DNA of 32,000 nucleotides, from NCBI RefSeq assembly GCF_000025685.1, contig NC_013967.1, forward strand, positions 1,050,001 through 1,082,000, given 5' to 3'. Shown here piece by piece: positions 23,516-30,888 of this stretch. Source of the DNA: Haloferax volcanii DS2. Its GTDB lineage: Archaea; Halobacteriota; Halobacteria; Halobacteriales; Haloferacaceae. The number at the start of each line of letters is the position of its first letter. Position 1 is the stretch's first letter. Position numbers and translations under genes: made by a program. The notes under the pieces are model-generated. The model was not told where the DNA came from. It worked only from the letters and a program-made list of their open reading frames with translations, and made no database searches.

Positions 23516-23680
23516 AGGTGACAGTTCCCACGTCCGGTTCTTAAACGGTGAGGTTCTGGCGACAGTTGTCGCGGCGTGAGCGTCAGCGAACCCGTGGGGG
23601 CGCGACCCAGTCGCCTCTCGCCGGCTCCCCTCTCGCCGGCTACCGCGTCGCTTTTCCCCGGGGCGCGGGTTCGTTCAGTC

Positions 23681-24745
23681 ATGCGAATCGGTGTCGTCGT
23701 CAACCCCGTCGCGGGGATGGGCGGCCGGGTCGGCCTGAAGGGAACCGACGGGAAAGTCGCGGAGGCCAGAGCGCGCGGCGCGGAGCCGCGGTCGCCAGAG
23801 CGGGCGCGACGGGCGCTCTCTCGGCTCTTCGAGACCGCCCCCGAGGCGGAACTGCTCGCGTGGGGCGGCGAGATGGGCGCGGCGGCCGCCCGAGACGCCG
23901 GCTTCGACCCCGAGGTGCTCGGCGAACCGTCCGGCGACGAGACGAGCGCGGCCGACACCGTCGCCGCCGCCGAGGCGTTCGTCGACGCCGACGCGGACCT
24001 CGTGTTGTTCGTCGGGGGCGACGGCACCGCGGCGGACGTGGCCGAGGCGCTCGACGGGACCGACGTGCCGATGCTGGGCGTCCCCGCGGGCGTGAAAGTC
24101 TACTCCTCCGTGTTCGCCGTCTCGCCCGAGGACGCCGCCCACGTCGTCACCTCGTTCGAGCGGACCGAGGCCCGCGAGGTCATGGACATCGACGAGGACG
24201 ACTACCGCGACGGCGAGGTCAGGCCGGAGCTTCGGGCGGTCGCGCACGTCCCCGTCGCGGAGGACCTCCAGTCGTCGAAACAGACCGGCGGCGGCACCGT
24301 CGAGTCGCTCGCCGCGGGCGTCGCTGACGACATCCGCTCGACCGAAGGCGTCACCTACGTCCTCGGTCCCGGAAGCACCGTCGGCGCGGTGAAAGCCGAG
24401 TTGGGAATCGACGGCTCGCCGCTCGGCGTCGACGTCTACCGCGACGGCGAGGTGCTCGCCCGCGACGCGACGGAGGCCGAGATTCTGGCGAACCTCGGCG
24501 CGGAGAACGTTATCGTCGTCACGCCCATCGGCGGGCAGGGATTCGTCTTCGGTCGCGGCAACCCCCAACTCTCACCGGCCGTGATTCGACGCTGTGACGT
24601 GTCGGTCGTCGCCTCGCGGTCGAAACTCGACGGGATTCCCGTCCTCCGGGTCGACACCGACGACCCCGACCTCGACGCGGACCTCCGCGGGTGGACGAAA
24701 GTCCGCGTGGGTCGCGTCGAGCGCCGGATGATGAAAACCGAGTGA
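23681..24745 (+). CDS. ATP-NAD kinase (PpnK)-like family protein
   Basis: MRIGVVVNPVAGMGG...LVLFVGGDGTAADVAEAL...PMLGVPAGVKVYSSVFA has the GGDGT motif of NAD kinase/diacylglycerol-kinase-like folds. The ATG at 23681 is preferred to the track start at 23576. Confidence 0.75.
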   Translation: MRIGVVVNPVAGMGGRVGLKGTDGKVAEARARGAEPRSPERARRALSRLFETAPEAELLAWGGEMGAAAARDAGFDPEVLGEPSGDETSAADTVAAAEAFVDADADLVLFVGGDGTAADVAEALDGTDVPMLGVPAGVKVYSSVFAVSPEDAAHVVTSFERTEAREVMDIDEDDYRDGEVRPELRAVAHVPVAEDLQSSKQTGGGTVESLAAGVADDIRSTEGVTYVLGPGSTVGAVKAELGIDGSPLGVDVYRDGEVLARDATEAEILANLGAENVIVVTPIGGQGFVFGRGNPQLSPAVIRRCDVSVVASRSKLDGIPVLRVDTDDPDLDADLRGWTKVRVGRVERRMMKTE

Positions 24746-24792
24746 GCGGCGCACGTCGGATGCGGCCGACTCGGCGCGACGCGCCACCACAG

Positions 24793-24797
24793 AAAAA
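24793..24797 (-). terminator. T5 run downstream of the CMD-like gene (minus strand), inside a 9-bp inverted repeat
   Basis: A5 on the plus strand equals TTTTT on the minus strand. It is flanked by cggccgact (24763-24771) and agtcggccg (24817-24825), in the convergent gap between the stops at 24745 and 24831. Confidence 0.35.
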
Positions 24798-24830
24798 TCG
24801 AGCGAGAGGCCGCTCCAGTCGGCCGTCTCG

Positions 24831-25205
24831 TCAGTCGTCCGCCGGAGCCTGTTGTTTCGTGATGTACTCGACGATTTCGTCCGTTTCGGCCTTGAACCCG
24901 TCGAGGTCGGTCTCGTTCCCGTGGAGCACCGTCGAGAAGTACTTCGTGTCGGCGGCGAGGTTGACTGCCTCCCTGAGTTCCTCGTCCGTGACGCCGCTCA
25001 ACCGCGCTTCCTCGGTGTGGAAGTAGATACAGTACGGACAGTTAATCGCGGCCGCGACGCCGACGCCGATGAGCGCCTTCTCCCGCCCGGACAGTTCGGT
25101 GTCTTCTCCCAGATTGAGGTCGCGGAAGAGCCCCCAACTGTGTTCGCTCGCCGGTTCTGCCAAGTCCTCCATCCAACTCGGGACCTGACCGAGCATTCCC
25201 TCCAT
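24831..25205 (-). CDS. Carboxymuconolactone decarboxylase / AhpD-like family protein
   Basis: LSGREKALIGVGVAAAINCPYCIYFHTEEA is the CMD-family helix with a CxxC motif. Confidence 0.8.
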   Translation of the reverse strand: MEGMLGQVPSWMEDLAEPASEHSWGLFRDLNLGEDTELSGREKALIGVGVAAAINCPYCIYFHTEEARLSGVTDEELREAVNLAADTKYFSTVLHGNETDLDGFKAETDEIVEYITKQQAPADD

Positions 25206-25522
25206 CTCTTGTCGTGTGGCTTTCGATACGATCTTTCTTCCCGTACCTCCGCAGTCCCGTCGCTATGGAGGCGCTTATTACGAGGTTCCGGAGCAGTAAA
25301 GTTATGAATAGTCTGGAAAATCATAATCTGCCCGTATCGACGACGTTCCGGGGAAATTCGGGGTTAATACGCCGGTGCACGGGACGGTCAGCCATTTCCA
25401 TCCCAGCCGCTCGACGTAGATGATTTAATATTCGGAATCGTGTGCAATGAGAACCACTACCCATTATTCACACAGGGTGTAATATAGTGAGATTTAAGGT
25501 CATTGGATGGGTTCTGAATGGC

Positions 25523-26554
25523 ATGGAAACCCGGAAAGTCCAGCGTCTCGGTCCCTCCACGCTGGCGATGACGCTTCCAGCGGAGTGGGCCAAGGAACAC
25601 AACGTCGAGAAGGGCGACGAGGTGACGATTCGAACGAGCGGCAAGGGAACGCTGACGGTTCTCCCCGAATCGGTCAACACCGAAGATTCGAAGGCGACGA
25701 TTCGCGCCGACAGTCTGAACGCGGAGGCGCTCGAACGCGCCATCGTGGCGCAGTACGTCCTCGGGCGACGCGTCATCCACATCGAGAAAAGCGAGGGCGC
25801 GCTCGACTCGGACCACATCAACGCCGTCTACAAAGCCGAGACCCAGCTCATGGGCCTCGGCGTCATCGAGGAGACCCCCGAGCGAATCGCGATTCGCTGT
25901 TCGGTCGACGCGGAGGACTTCACCCTCAACAACCTGCTCGAACGCCTCGAAAACACGGGCAGCACGATGCGCGGCGAGGCCGTCAAGGCGCTCGCCCACG
26001 GCAACCCCGACCTCGCCCAGCGGGCGCTCAACCGCGAGCGGCAGGCGAACAAGATTTTCGTCCTCCTGCTCCGGCTCATCTTCACGTCCTACCAGAACCC
26101 CAACCTCGCGCGGGCGGTCGGCCTCGATTCGGGCTTCCCGCTCATCGGCTACCGCTCGGTGGCGAAGAACCTCGAACTGACCGCCGACAACGCCGAGGAC
26201 ATCGCCAACATCGTCATGGACGCCGAGGGCCACACCATCGACGTCGACCAGTCGACGATGCGGCGCATCCGCGAGTTCACGGACCACGTCGACGAGATTA
26301 CGACGACCGCGGTGCGGGCCGTCGTCGAGCGCGACTACGACCTCACCATCGAGTGCCGAGAGCTGTTCCGCGAGATTAGCGACCGCGAGCGCGACATCCT
26401 CAACGACCTCCCGGAGATGGAAAACCAGAAGCTCCTCCAGATTCGCGAGGTGCTGGTGAGCCTCCAGCAGACCGCGCAGTACGCGATGCGGAACGCCGAA
26501 ATCGCGTCGAACCTCGCGCTCAACGAGGAGTCGGACCACGTCACGATAGACTGA
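25523..26554 (+). CDS. AbrB/SpoVT-domain plus PhoU-domain regulator (phosphate-uptake-regulator-like)
   Basis: The N-terminus METRKVQRLGPSTLAMTLPAEWAKEHNVEKGDEV is an AbrB-type swapped-hairpin. Two helical PhoU-like repeats follow (ERALNRERQANKIF...; ECRELFREISDRERDILNDL...). An AT-rich taatatagtgagatttaagg at 25478-25497 precedes the ATG. Confidence 0.8.
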   Translation: METRKVQRLGPSTLAMTLPAEWAKEHNVEKGDEVTIRTSGKGTLTVLPESVNTEDSKATIRADSLNAEALERAIVAQYVLGRRVIHIEKSEGALDSDHINAVYKAETQLMGLGVIEETPERIAIRCSVDAEDFTLNNLLERLENTGSTMRGEAVKALAHGNPDLAQRALNRERQANKIFVLLLRLIFTSYQNPNLARAVGLDSGFPLIGYRSVAKNLELTADNAEDIANIVMDAEGHTIDVDQSTMRRIREFTDHVDEITTTAVRAVVERDYDLTIECRELFREISDRERDILNDLPEMENQKLLQIREVLVSLQQTAQYAMRNAEIASNLALNEESDHVTID

Positions 26555-26673
26555 GGCGACGACGCCCGCGACACCCGATTCCGAACGTCTCTCTTTCGCG
26601 CTGTTGGAGCCACAGTTTCGACTGTCGGTCGTCGGTCGGAATGATTTTGGTTCGTTGACGTGATTGCCGTCGC

Positions 26674-27132
26674 GTGACATCCTTCGCAGACGTTCGGGAG
26701 CGTTTCTGGCGCGAGTCCATCGACTTCACGGAGACGAAGACGTTCCTTCTCGGTCTACTTCAGGCGGGGATTGCGACCATCGAGTTCGCTCTGATATTCG
26801 TCGTCGTGGCCGGCACTCGTCTCGTGCCCCTCTCGGCAGTCAACACGCGGCCGTCGTCGGTCGTCGTCGCGGTATCCCTCGGCCTCGTCCCGGGGTTCGT
26901 ACTCGGTGCCGGTCTTCCGCTCCTCGTCCAGTATTCGGAGTACGTCAACCGGCTGAACGACAACAAAGCGTTCAGAGCGGTCGGCCCGGTGGTGACGTTC
27001 GGGACGTACTTCTGTCTCTTCTTCTACCACCCCGTCACCAGCGTCCTCTACGCGGTTGCGTACCTGTTGGGACGCATCGCCGTCCTCGTCGGCATCTTCG
27101 GCGGGTCGCAACTCAAATCGGCAATCGCCTGA
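26674..27132 (+). CDS. Hypothetical integral membrane protein (about 4 TM helices)
   Basis: GTG start. The hydrophobic segments are LLGLLQAGIATIEFALIFVVVAG, VVVAVSLGLVPGFVLGAGLPLLV, VVTFGTYFCLFFY and LYAVAYLLGRIAVLVGIFGG. The overlapping 26664 frame is Arg-rich and was rejected. Confidence 0.6.
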   Translation: MTSFADVRERFWRESIDFTETKTFLLGLLQAGIATIEFALIFVVVAGTRLVPLSAVNTRPSSVVVAVSLGLVPGFVLGAGLPLLVQYSEYVNRLNDNKAFRAVGPVVTFGTYFCLFFYHPVTSVLYAVAYLLGRIAVLVGIFGGSQLKSAIA

Positions 27133-27207
27133 GACAGCAGCGACTCGTCGAACAGTCGGCACGCTCACCGTCGGAAACTCAGAGGGGTCACACGGCCGGG
27201 CGTGGCC

Positions 27208-27651
27208 TCAGTCCGCGAGCAACTCCACGGCCTCTTCTTCCTCCTCCTCTGGCGACTGCTTCTCACCGGTCAGCGGGTTCCGACTGGCGATGCGGCAGTC
27301 GAACCCGGGATGCTCGCCGAAGTGCCGGAGTATCATGTGGCGGCGCGACCCGGTGATGCCGGTGCGACCGATGTCCTCGGCGGTGAAGCGCTCGGGCAGG
27401 CGGTCGTACAGGCGGCGCAGCTCGTCGAAACTGGTGAACACCTTCGCGTTGCCGGTGGAGTCCGCGCCGCGGCGGGAGACGACGTAGCTTCCGTCCCGGC
27501 GGTACTCGCCGGCCGTGCGGAAGAACTCCCGTTTCTCGGTCAGCGCCGAGCCGATGGCCTCCTGCAAGTCGGCGGCGGCGTCTCGGGACAGTTCACAGGA
27601 CTGGTCGCCAAAGGAGACGACGATGGTTTCGTCGTCACTCTCGACGGACAC
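27208..27651 (-). CDS. Hypothetical acidic cytoplasmic protein (147 aa)
   Basis: Composition is typical of haloarchaeal soluble proteins, with an EEEEEE tail. I recognise no motif. Confidence 0.6.
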   Translation of the reverse strand: MSVESDDETIVVSFGDQSCELSRDAAADLQEAIGSALTEKREFFRTAGEYRRDGSYVVSRRGADSTGNAKVFTSFDELRRLYDRLPERFTAEDIGRTGITGSRRHMILRHFGEHPGFDCRIASRNPLTGEKQSPEEEEEEAVELLAD

Positions 27652-27824
27652 AGGGTTCTCATTACGGGAGAAGAACTCGATCAGGAGCGTGGGTACTCCG
27701 TGTCATATCATCGACTATCGTAGCCGATGGTAAAGAGTTATCGGCTGAGTCAGGATTCACCGACGATTCTTCGATAGACGCCGGCGGTCGAACGGCCTCC
27801 GACGCCGCGTCTGACGCGGGACTG

Positions 27825-28964
27825 TTACAGGAGGCCGTCGTCGGTGGTCGTGGTCCCGTCGTCTGAGGAGGGCGTCGTCGCGGTCGTCGCGGTCGTCGTC
27901 GCTGTCGAAGTCGTGGTTGCCGTCGAAGTCGCGGTCTCGGACTCGGCCGTCTCGGTCGCCTCGGTCGTCTCCGTCGCCGTGGGTTCGTCCGTCGTCTCGC
28001 TTCCGTCAGACGCCGCCTTGTTCCCGAAGATGTCCGTCTCGAACGTCTTCTCGTAGGTCAGCGGGTCGAGGGGGACGCGAAGCGTCGTGCCGCCGGCGTC
28101 GAGGTTCGCGTAGAAGTCGATGTGCAGGTCGGTCGTCTGGTCGCGTTCGAGATGCGTGACCCACCACTCGTCGAGCCTGTCGTTCTGGATGTGGGTCGTC
28201 GCCTCGATGGTCTCCGTCGACCGCGGAGGGATGACGTACTCGGAGTTCGTGGTCCCCTCGCCCACGGCCACGTCGTTCATGGAGATGTCGTAGCCGAGTT
28301 CGGAGACCGCAATCGGGTACGGCTTGGGGTTGTGGACGACGAACGTGAGTTCGAGCGCCGTGCGCTCGTCCGTGGATTCGCCCCACTCGGCTCTCGTCTC
28401 GTTGACGTACAACACGGGGTCGGAGACGACCGGCGACTCCGCGTTTATCTCGCTGGTCTCCGTGGAGTTGAACGCCGACAGGAGGTCGGTGTCGATGCTC
28501 CGGGTGATCTCGGGCGCTTCGAAGGTCCGGCCGAGCATCTCCGAGGAGATGGTGGCGTTCACGGCGAGGTCGGTGTGCTCGCCGTTCTGGACGTGCGAGA
28601 CCCACCACTCGGGGATGCACTCGTTTTCGAGCGTCGTCCGAAGCGGGACTGCCGTGGTCCCCTGCCCGACAGAGACGCCTTCCTTCTCGCCGGTCGCCAT
28701 CCGAATCCCGTTCATCTCGACGCCGTAGTCGACGGCGAGCCCGGAGAGGTTCGCTGAAAGCGGGTTCGGGTTCGAGACGTACAGGTCGGTCTCGATGACC
28801 GTCGCCGTCTCGTTGACGCCGCCGAACCGGTTGTCGACTCGGTCGACGCTCGGCGCGCCGATTATTCCGGCCGCGAACGCCGCACCGACGACGGCCGCGA
28901 CGAGCACCAGCGCGACGAGCGCGATACGGAGTTTACCGCCGAACAGCGCGGATGTCAGTCCCAT
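27825..28964 (-). CDS. N-terminally anchored protein with two LEA_2/WHy-like domains and a Thr-rich C-terminal tail (379 aa)
   Basis: The ATG at 28964 gives MGLTSALFGGKLRIALVALVLVAAVVGAAFAAG, a TM anchor. Two repeats have the LEA_2 pattern (LYVSNPNPLSANLSGLAVDYGVEMNG; FVVHNPKPYPIAVSELGYDISMNDV), each followed by EWWV(S/T)H. The track ORF's 120-aa N-terminal extension was rejected. Confidence 0.75.
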   Translation of the reverse strand: MGLTSALFGGKLRIALVALVLVAAVVGAAFAAGIIGAPSVDRVDNRFGGVNETATVIETDLYVSNPNPLSANLSGLAVDYGVEMNGIRMATGEKEGVSVGQGTTAVPLRTTLENECIPEWWVSHVQNGEHTDLAVNATISSEMLGRTFEAPEITRSIDTDLLSAFNSTETSEINAESPVVSDPVLYVNETRAEWGESTDERTALELTFVVHNPKPYPIAVSELGYDISMNDVAVGEGTTNSEYVIPPRSTETIEATTHIQNDRLDEWWVTHLERDQTTDLHIDFYANLDAGGTTLRVPLDPLTYEKTFETDIFGNKAASDGSETTDEPTATETTEATETAESETATSTATTTSTATTTATTATTPSSDDGTTTTDDGLL

Positions 28965-29115
28965 CTTGTGGACACACGAGACTGGTGGTACATATGTCGA
29001 ACGGCCGAGCGCGACGGCGGTTCGCGGGACCGTCCCGCACGCCTCGACCCCGACACGTCGCCCCACGGCAGGCGGTGTCGAATGAACTAAGTGCGCACCC
29101 GCGAAGGTCGGAAAC

Positions 29116-29298
29116 ATGGAAACCAAGACGGTGCAATCCGACAAGTCCATCGGCTTTGCGGCGTTGTTCGGCGTACTCACGCTCGTCGGCGCAGGGCTGA
29201 TGGTCGCCGGACCGGACCAGTTGACGAAGGCGCTCGGGTTCATGGTCGCGATTATCGCGGCCTCGCTGGCGGTCTGCGGCGCGCACCTGTTCCAGTAA
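29116..29298 (+). CDS. Small two-TM membrane protein (60 aa)
   Basis: METKTVQSDKSIGFAALFGVLTLVGAGLMVAGPDQLTKALGFMVAIIAASLAVCGAHLFQ has two clean hydrophobic helices joined by a short polar loop. It is divergent from the LEA_2 gene. Confidence 0.5.
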   Translation: METKTVQSDKSIGFAALFGVLTLVGAGLMVAGPDQLTKALGFMVAIIAASLAVCGAHLFQ

Positions 29299-29365
29299 CG
29301 TTGAGTATCAACGCTGAGGAACACGGGTAACCGTTAATAACGCCCATTCCCTAGACGGTCCGAGG

Positions 29366-29590
29366 ATGACTGAGTACACCGACGAGGAACAACGCATTCT
29401 CGCCTATCTCCGCGACAGCGTCAGCCGCGGCGAGGGCTACTTCCGGGCGAAGAACATCGCCGAAGCCATCGGTCTCACCGCGAAGCAGGTCGGGTCCCGT
29501 CTGCCGCGGCTGGCCGAGAAGTCCGAAGACGTCGAAATCGAGAAGTGGGGACGCGCCCGCTCGACGACGTGGCGCGTCACCCGAAGCTGA
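29366..29590 (+). CDS. Small helix-turn-helix (winged-helix-like) protein, 74 aa
   Basis: EEQRILAYLRDSV...YFRAKNIAEAIGLTAKQVGSRLPRLAEKS...EKWG..RSTTWRV has an HTH-plus-wing pattern. The function is inferred from the pattern only. Confidence 0.55.
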   Translation: MTEYTDEEQRILAYLRDSVSRGEGYFRAKNIAEAIGLTAKQVGSRLPRLAEKSEDVEIEKWGRARSTTWRVTRS

Positions 29591-29633
29591 GGCGATTCCA
29601 CGGATTTTTACTGTGGAGGTGTGATGGTATCTC

Positions 29634-30065
29634 ATGACCGTCCGCGTGAAACGAACGTTCGAGTTCGACGCTCCCGGCGAGCGCGTCTGGGAGTTCATCG
29701 CCGACCCGGCCAAGCGAGCGGGGGCTATCAGCGTCGTCGACCGCTTCGACGTGTCCGACGACGGCCGCCACGCGACGTGGTATCTCGAACTCCCGATTCC
29801 GCTCGTCCGTTCGACGGTGACAGTCGAGACGGAAGACATCGAAGTCGACGAGCCGACCCACGTCAAGTTCGTCGGTAAGTCGCGGGTGATGCGGGTGACG
29901 GGCGAACACACTATCGAGGAACACGACGGCGGCAGCCGCCTCGTCAACGAGTTCACCGTCGACGGCCGACTGCCGGGCGTCGAGGCGTTCTTCGAGCGCA
30001 ACCTCGACCGCGAACTCGACAACCTCGAAACGGAGCTCCGACGCGAGTTCGAAGCGACCGCGTAA
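29634..30065 (+). CDS. SRPBCC (START/polyketide-cyclase-like) family protein
   Basis: MTVRVKRTFEFDAPGERVWEFIADPAKRA... is the typical SRPBCC opening (beta strand, then 'a..e.vW..l.D'). At 143 aa the size fits this fold. Confidence 0.7.
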   Translation: MTVRVKRTFEFDAPGERVWEFIADPAKRAGAISVVDRFDVSDDGRHATWYLELPIPLVRSTVTVETEDIEVDEPTHVKFVGKSRVMRVTGEHTIEEHDGGSRLVNEFTVDGRLPGVEAFFERNLDRELDNLETELRREFEATA

Positions 30066-30186
30066 CGCCGGCGACGACCGTCGACGCTCGGTGAGACAGG
30101 GCGAGAAACCGCGAGAGCCGTGCGCTCACGGGGTATGAGAACGGCTGTTGCGGTGGCTTTATACATCGTGGCTCCTAAGCGAAAGT

Positions 30187-30395
30187 CGCCGGCGCAATAG
30201 GCGCTTTTCTCGCCAGTCGTCGGCGACTCCACATCCGCCGCACCCGCCGCAACGTTTCGGGGTCTGTTGCGGCATCCGAAACGACGTGGCCACGTCGTTT
30301 CGCGCTCCCAAGCCCGGTGGGAGCGCACTCCCCTCGTCTCACTTCGCCGACTGGTGACGCGAGATTCGGCGGGAGGCGAATTCGCCTCCGCCTTT
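30187..30395 (+). ncRNA. Candidate structured small RNA of about 210 nt (prediction only)
   Basis: TATA-like tttata at 30157-30162. Five consecutive strong stem-loops follow between 30184 and 30391. The last is a 12-bp stem with one bulge, followed by TTTT at 30392-30395. No credible ORF is present. Confidence 0.3.
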
Positions 30396-30507
30396 TGACG
30401 ACCGCTTCGCTCCGAGCCACGGCGTCGCCGCGCCTCGGCGGCGACCCCCCGACCGCCCGACAGTCCGAGAGCGCACGCTTCTTTCCCCCGGCCCCCGTGG
30501 AGCCACC

Positions 30508-30825
30508 ATGACCGAGACGATTCGAGGCGACGTGCTGCACGCCATTCCACCGGACGAACTCGACGACGAGGACCTGTCGCCCGAACTCCGGGCGCTGGCC
30601 GACTCGCGTCACGTACTCGTCGTTCGGAAGGGCGGCCATCCCTCGATGCTCGACCTCGTCTTGGCGTTCGTCCGCCGCGACCCAATCGAGGCCGTGACCG
30701 TCGTGACCGACCGCCCCGCCGAGGAGGACGAGGAAGTGGCGCTGACCGTCGAGGAGACGGGGATGCCCGGCGTCTACGTCGCGGCCGGCGCTCACGGGGA
30801 GGCTGAATCGACCGACGGACACTGA
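30508..30825 (+). CDS. Hypothetical acidic protein (105 aa)
   Basis: MTETIRGDVLHAIPPDELDDEDLSPELRALADSRHVLVVRKGG... has haloarchaeal acidic composition and plausible alternation of strands and helices. I recognise no motif. Confidence 0.55.
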   Translation: MTETIRGDVLHAIPPDELDDEDLSPELRALADSRHVLVVRKGGHPSMLDLVLAFVRRDPIEAVTVVTDRPAEEDEEVALTVEETGMPGVYVAAGAHGEAESTDGH

Positions 30826-30838
30826 AAACAGCGGACGG

Positions 30839-30843
30839 AAAAA
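30839..30843 (-). terminator. T5 run downstream of the aldehyde dehydrogenase gene (minus strand)
   Basis: A5 on the plus strand equals TTTTT on the minus strand, about 46 nt after the stop at 30889. Confidence 0.35.
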
Positions 30844-30888
30844 GCAGGACTGCTGCGGGGCCGTGACGCGGTGACCGACCGGACGACT

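Noticed and set aside
28965-29324. 120-aa N-terminal extension of the LEA_2 protein ORF
   Set aside because: The extension overlaps the divergent small-TM gene and its control region. The ATG at 28964 places a TM anchor at the N-terminus.
30066-30507. Possibility that the 442-nt structured gap is RNase P RNA or SRP (7S) RNA
   Set aside because: The size is suggestive for RNase P RNA. However, I could not find the universally conserved blocks on either strand in the correct order: GAGGAAAGUCC, GGUAAGAGC-type CR-IV, and ACAGAA...GGCUUA. Only weak fragments are present (gcgaaagtcgcc at 30178-30189, gagagcgcac at 30466-30475). There is no SRP helix-8 GNAR-loop / GGAAG-type motif either. cmscan should still be run.
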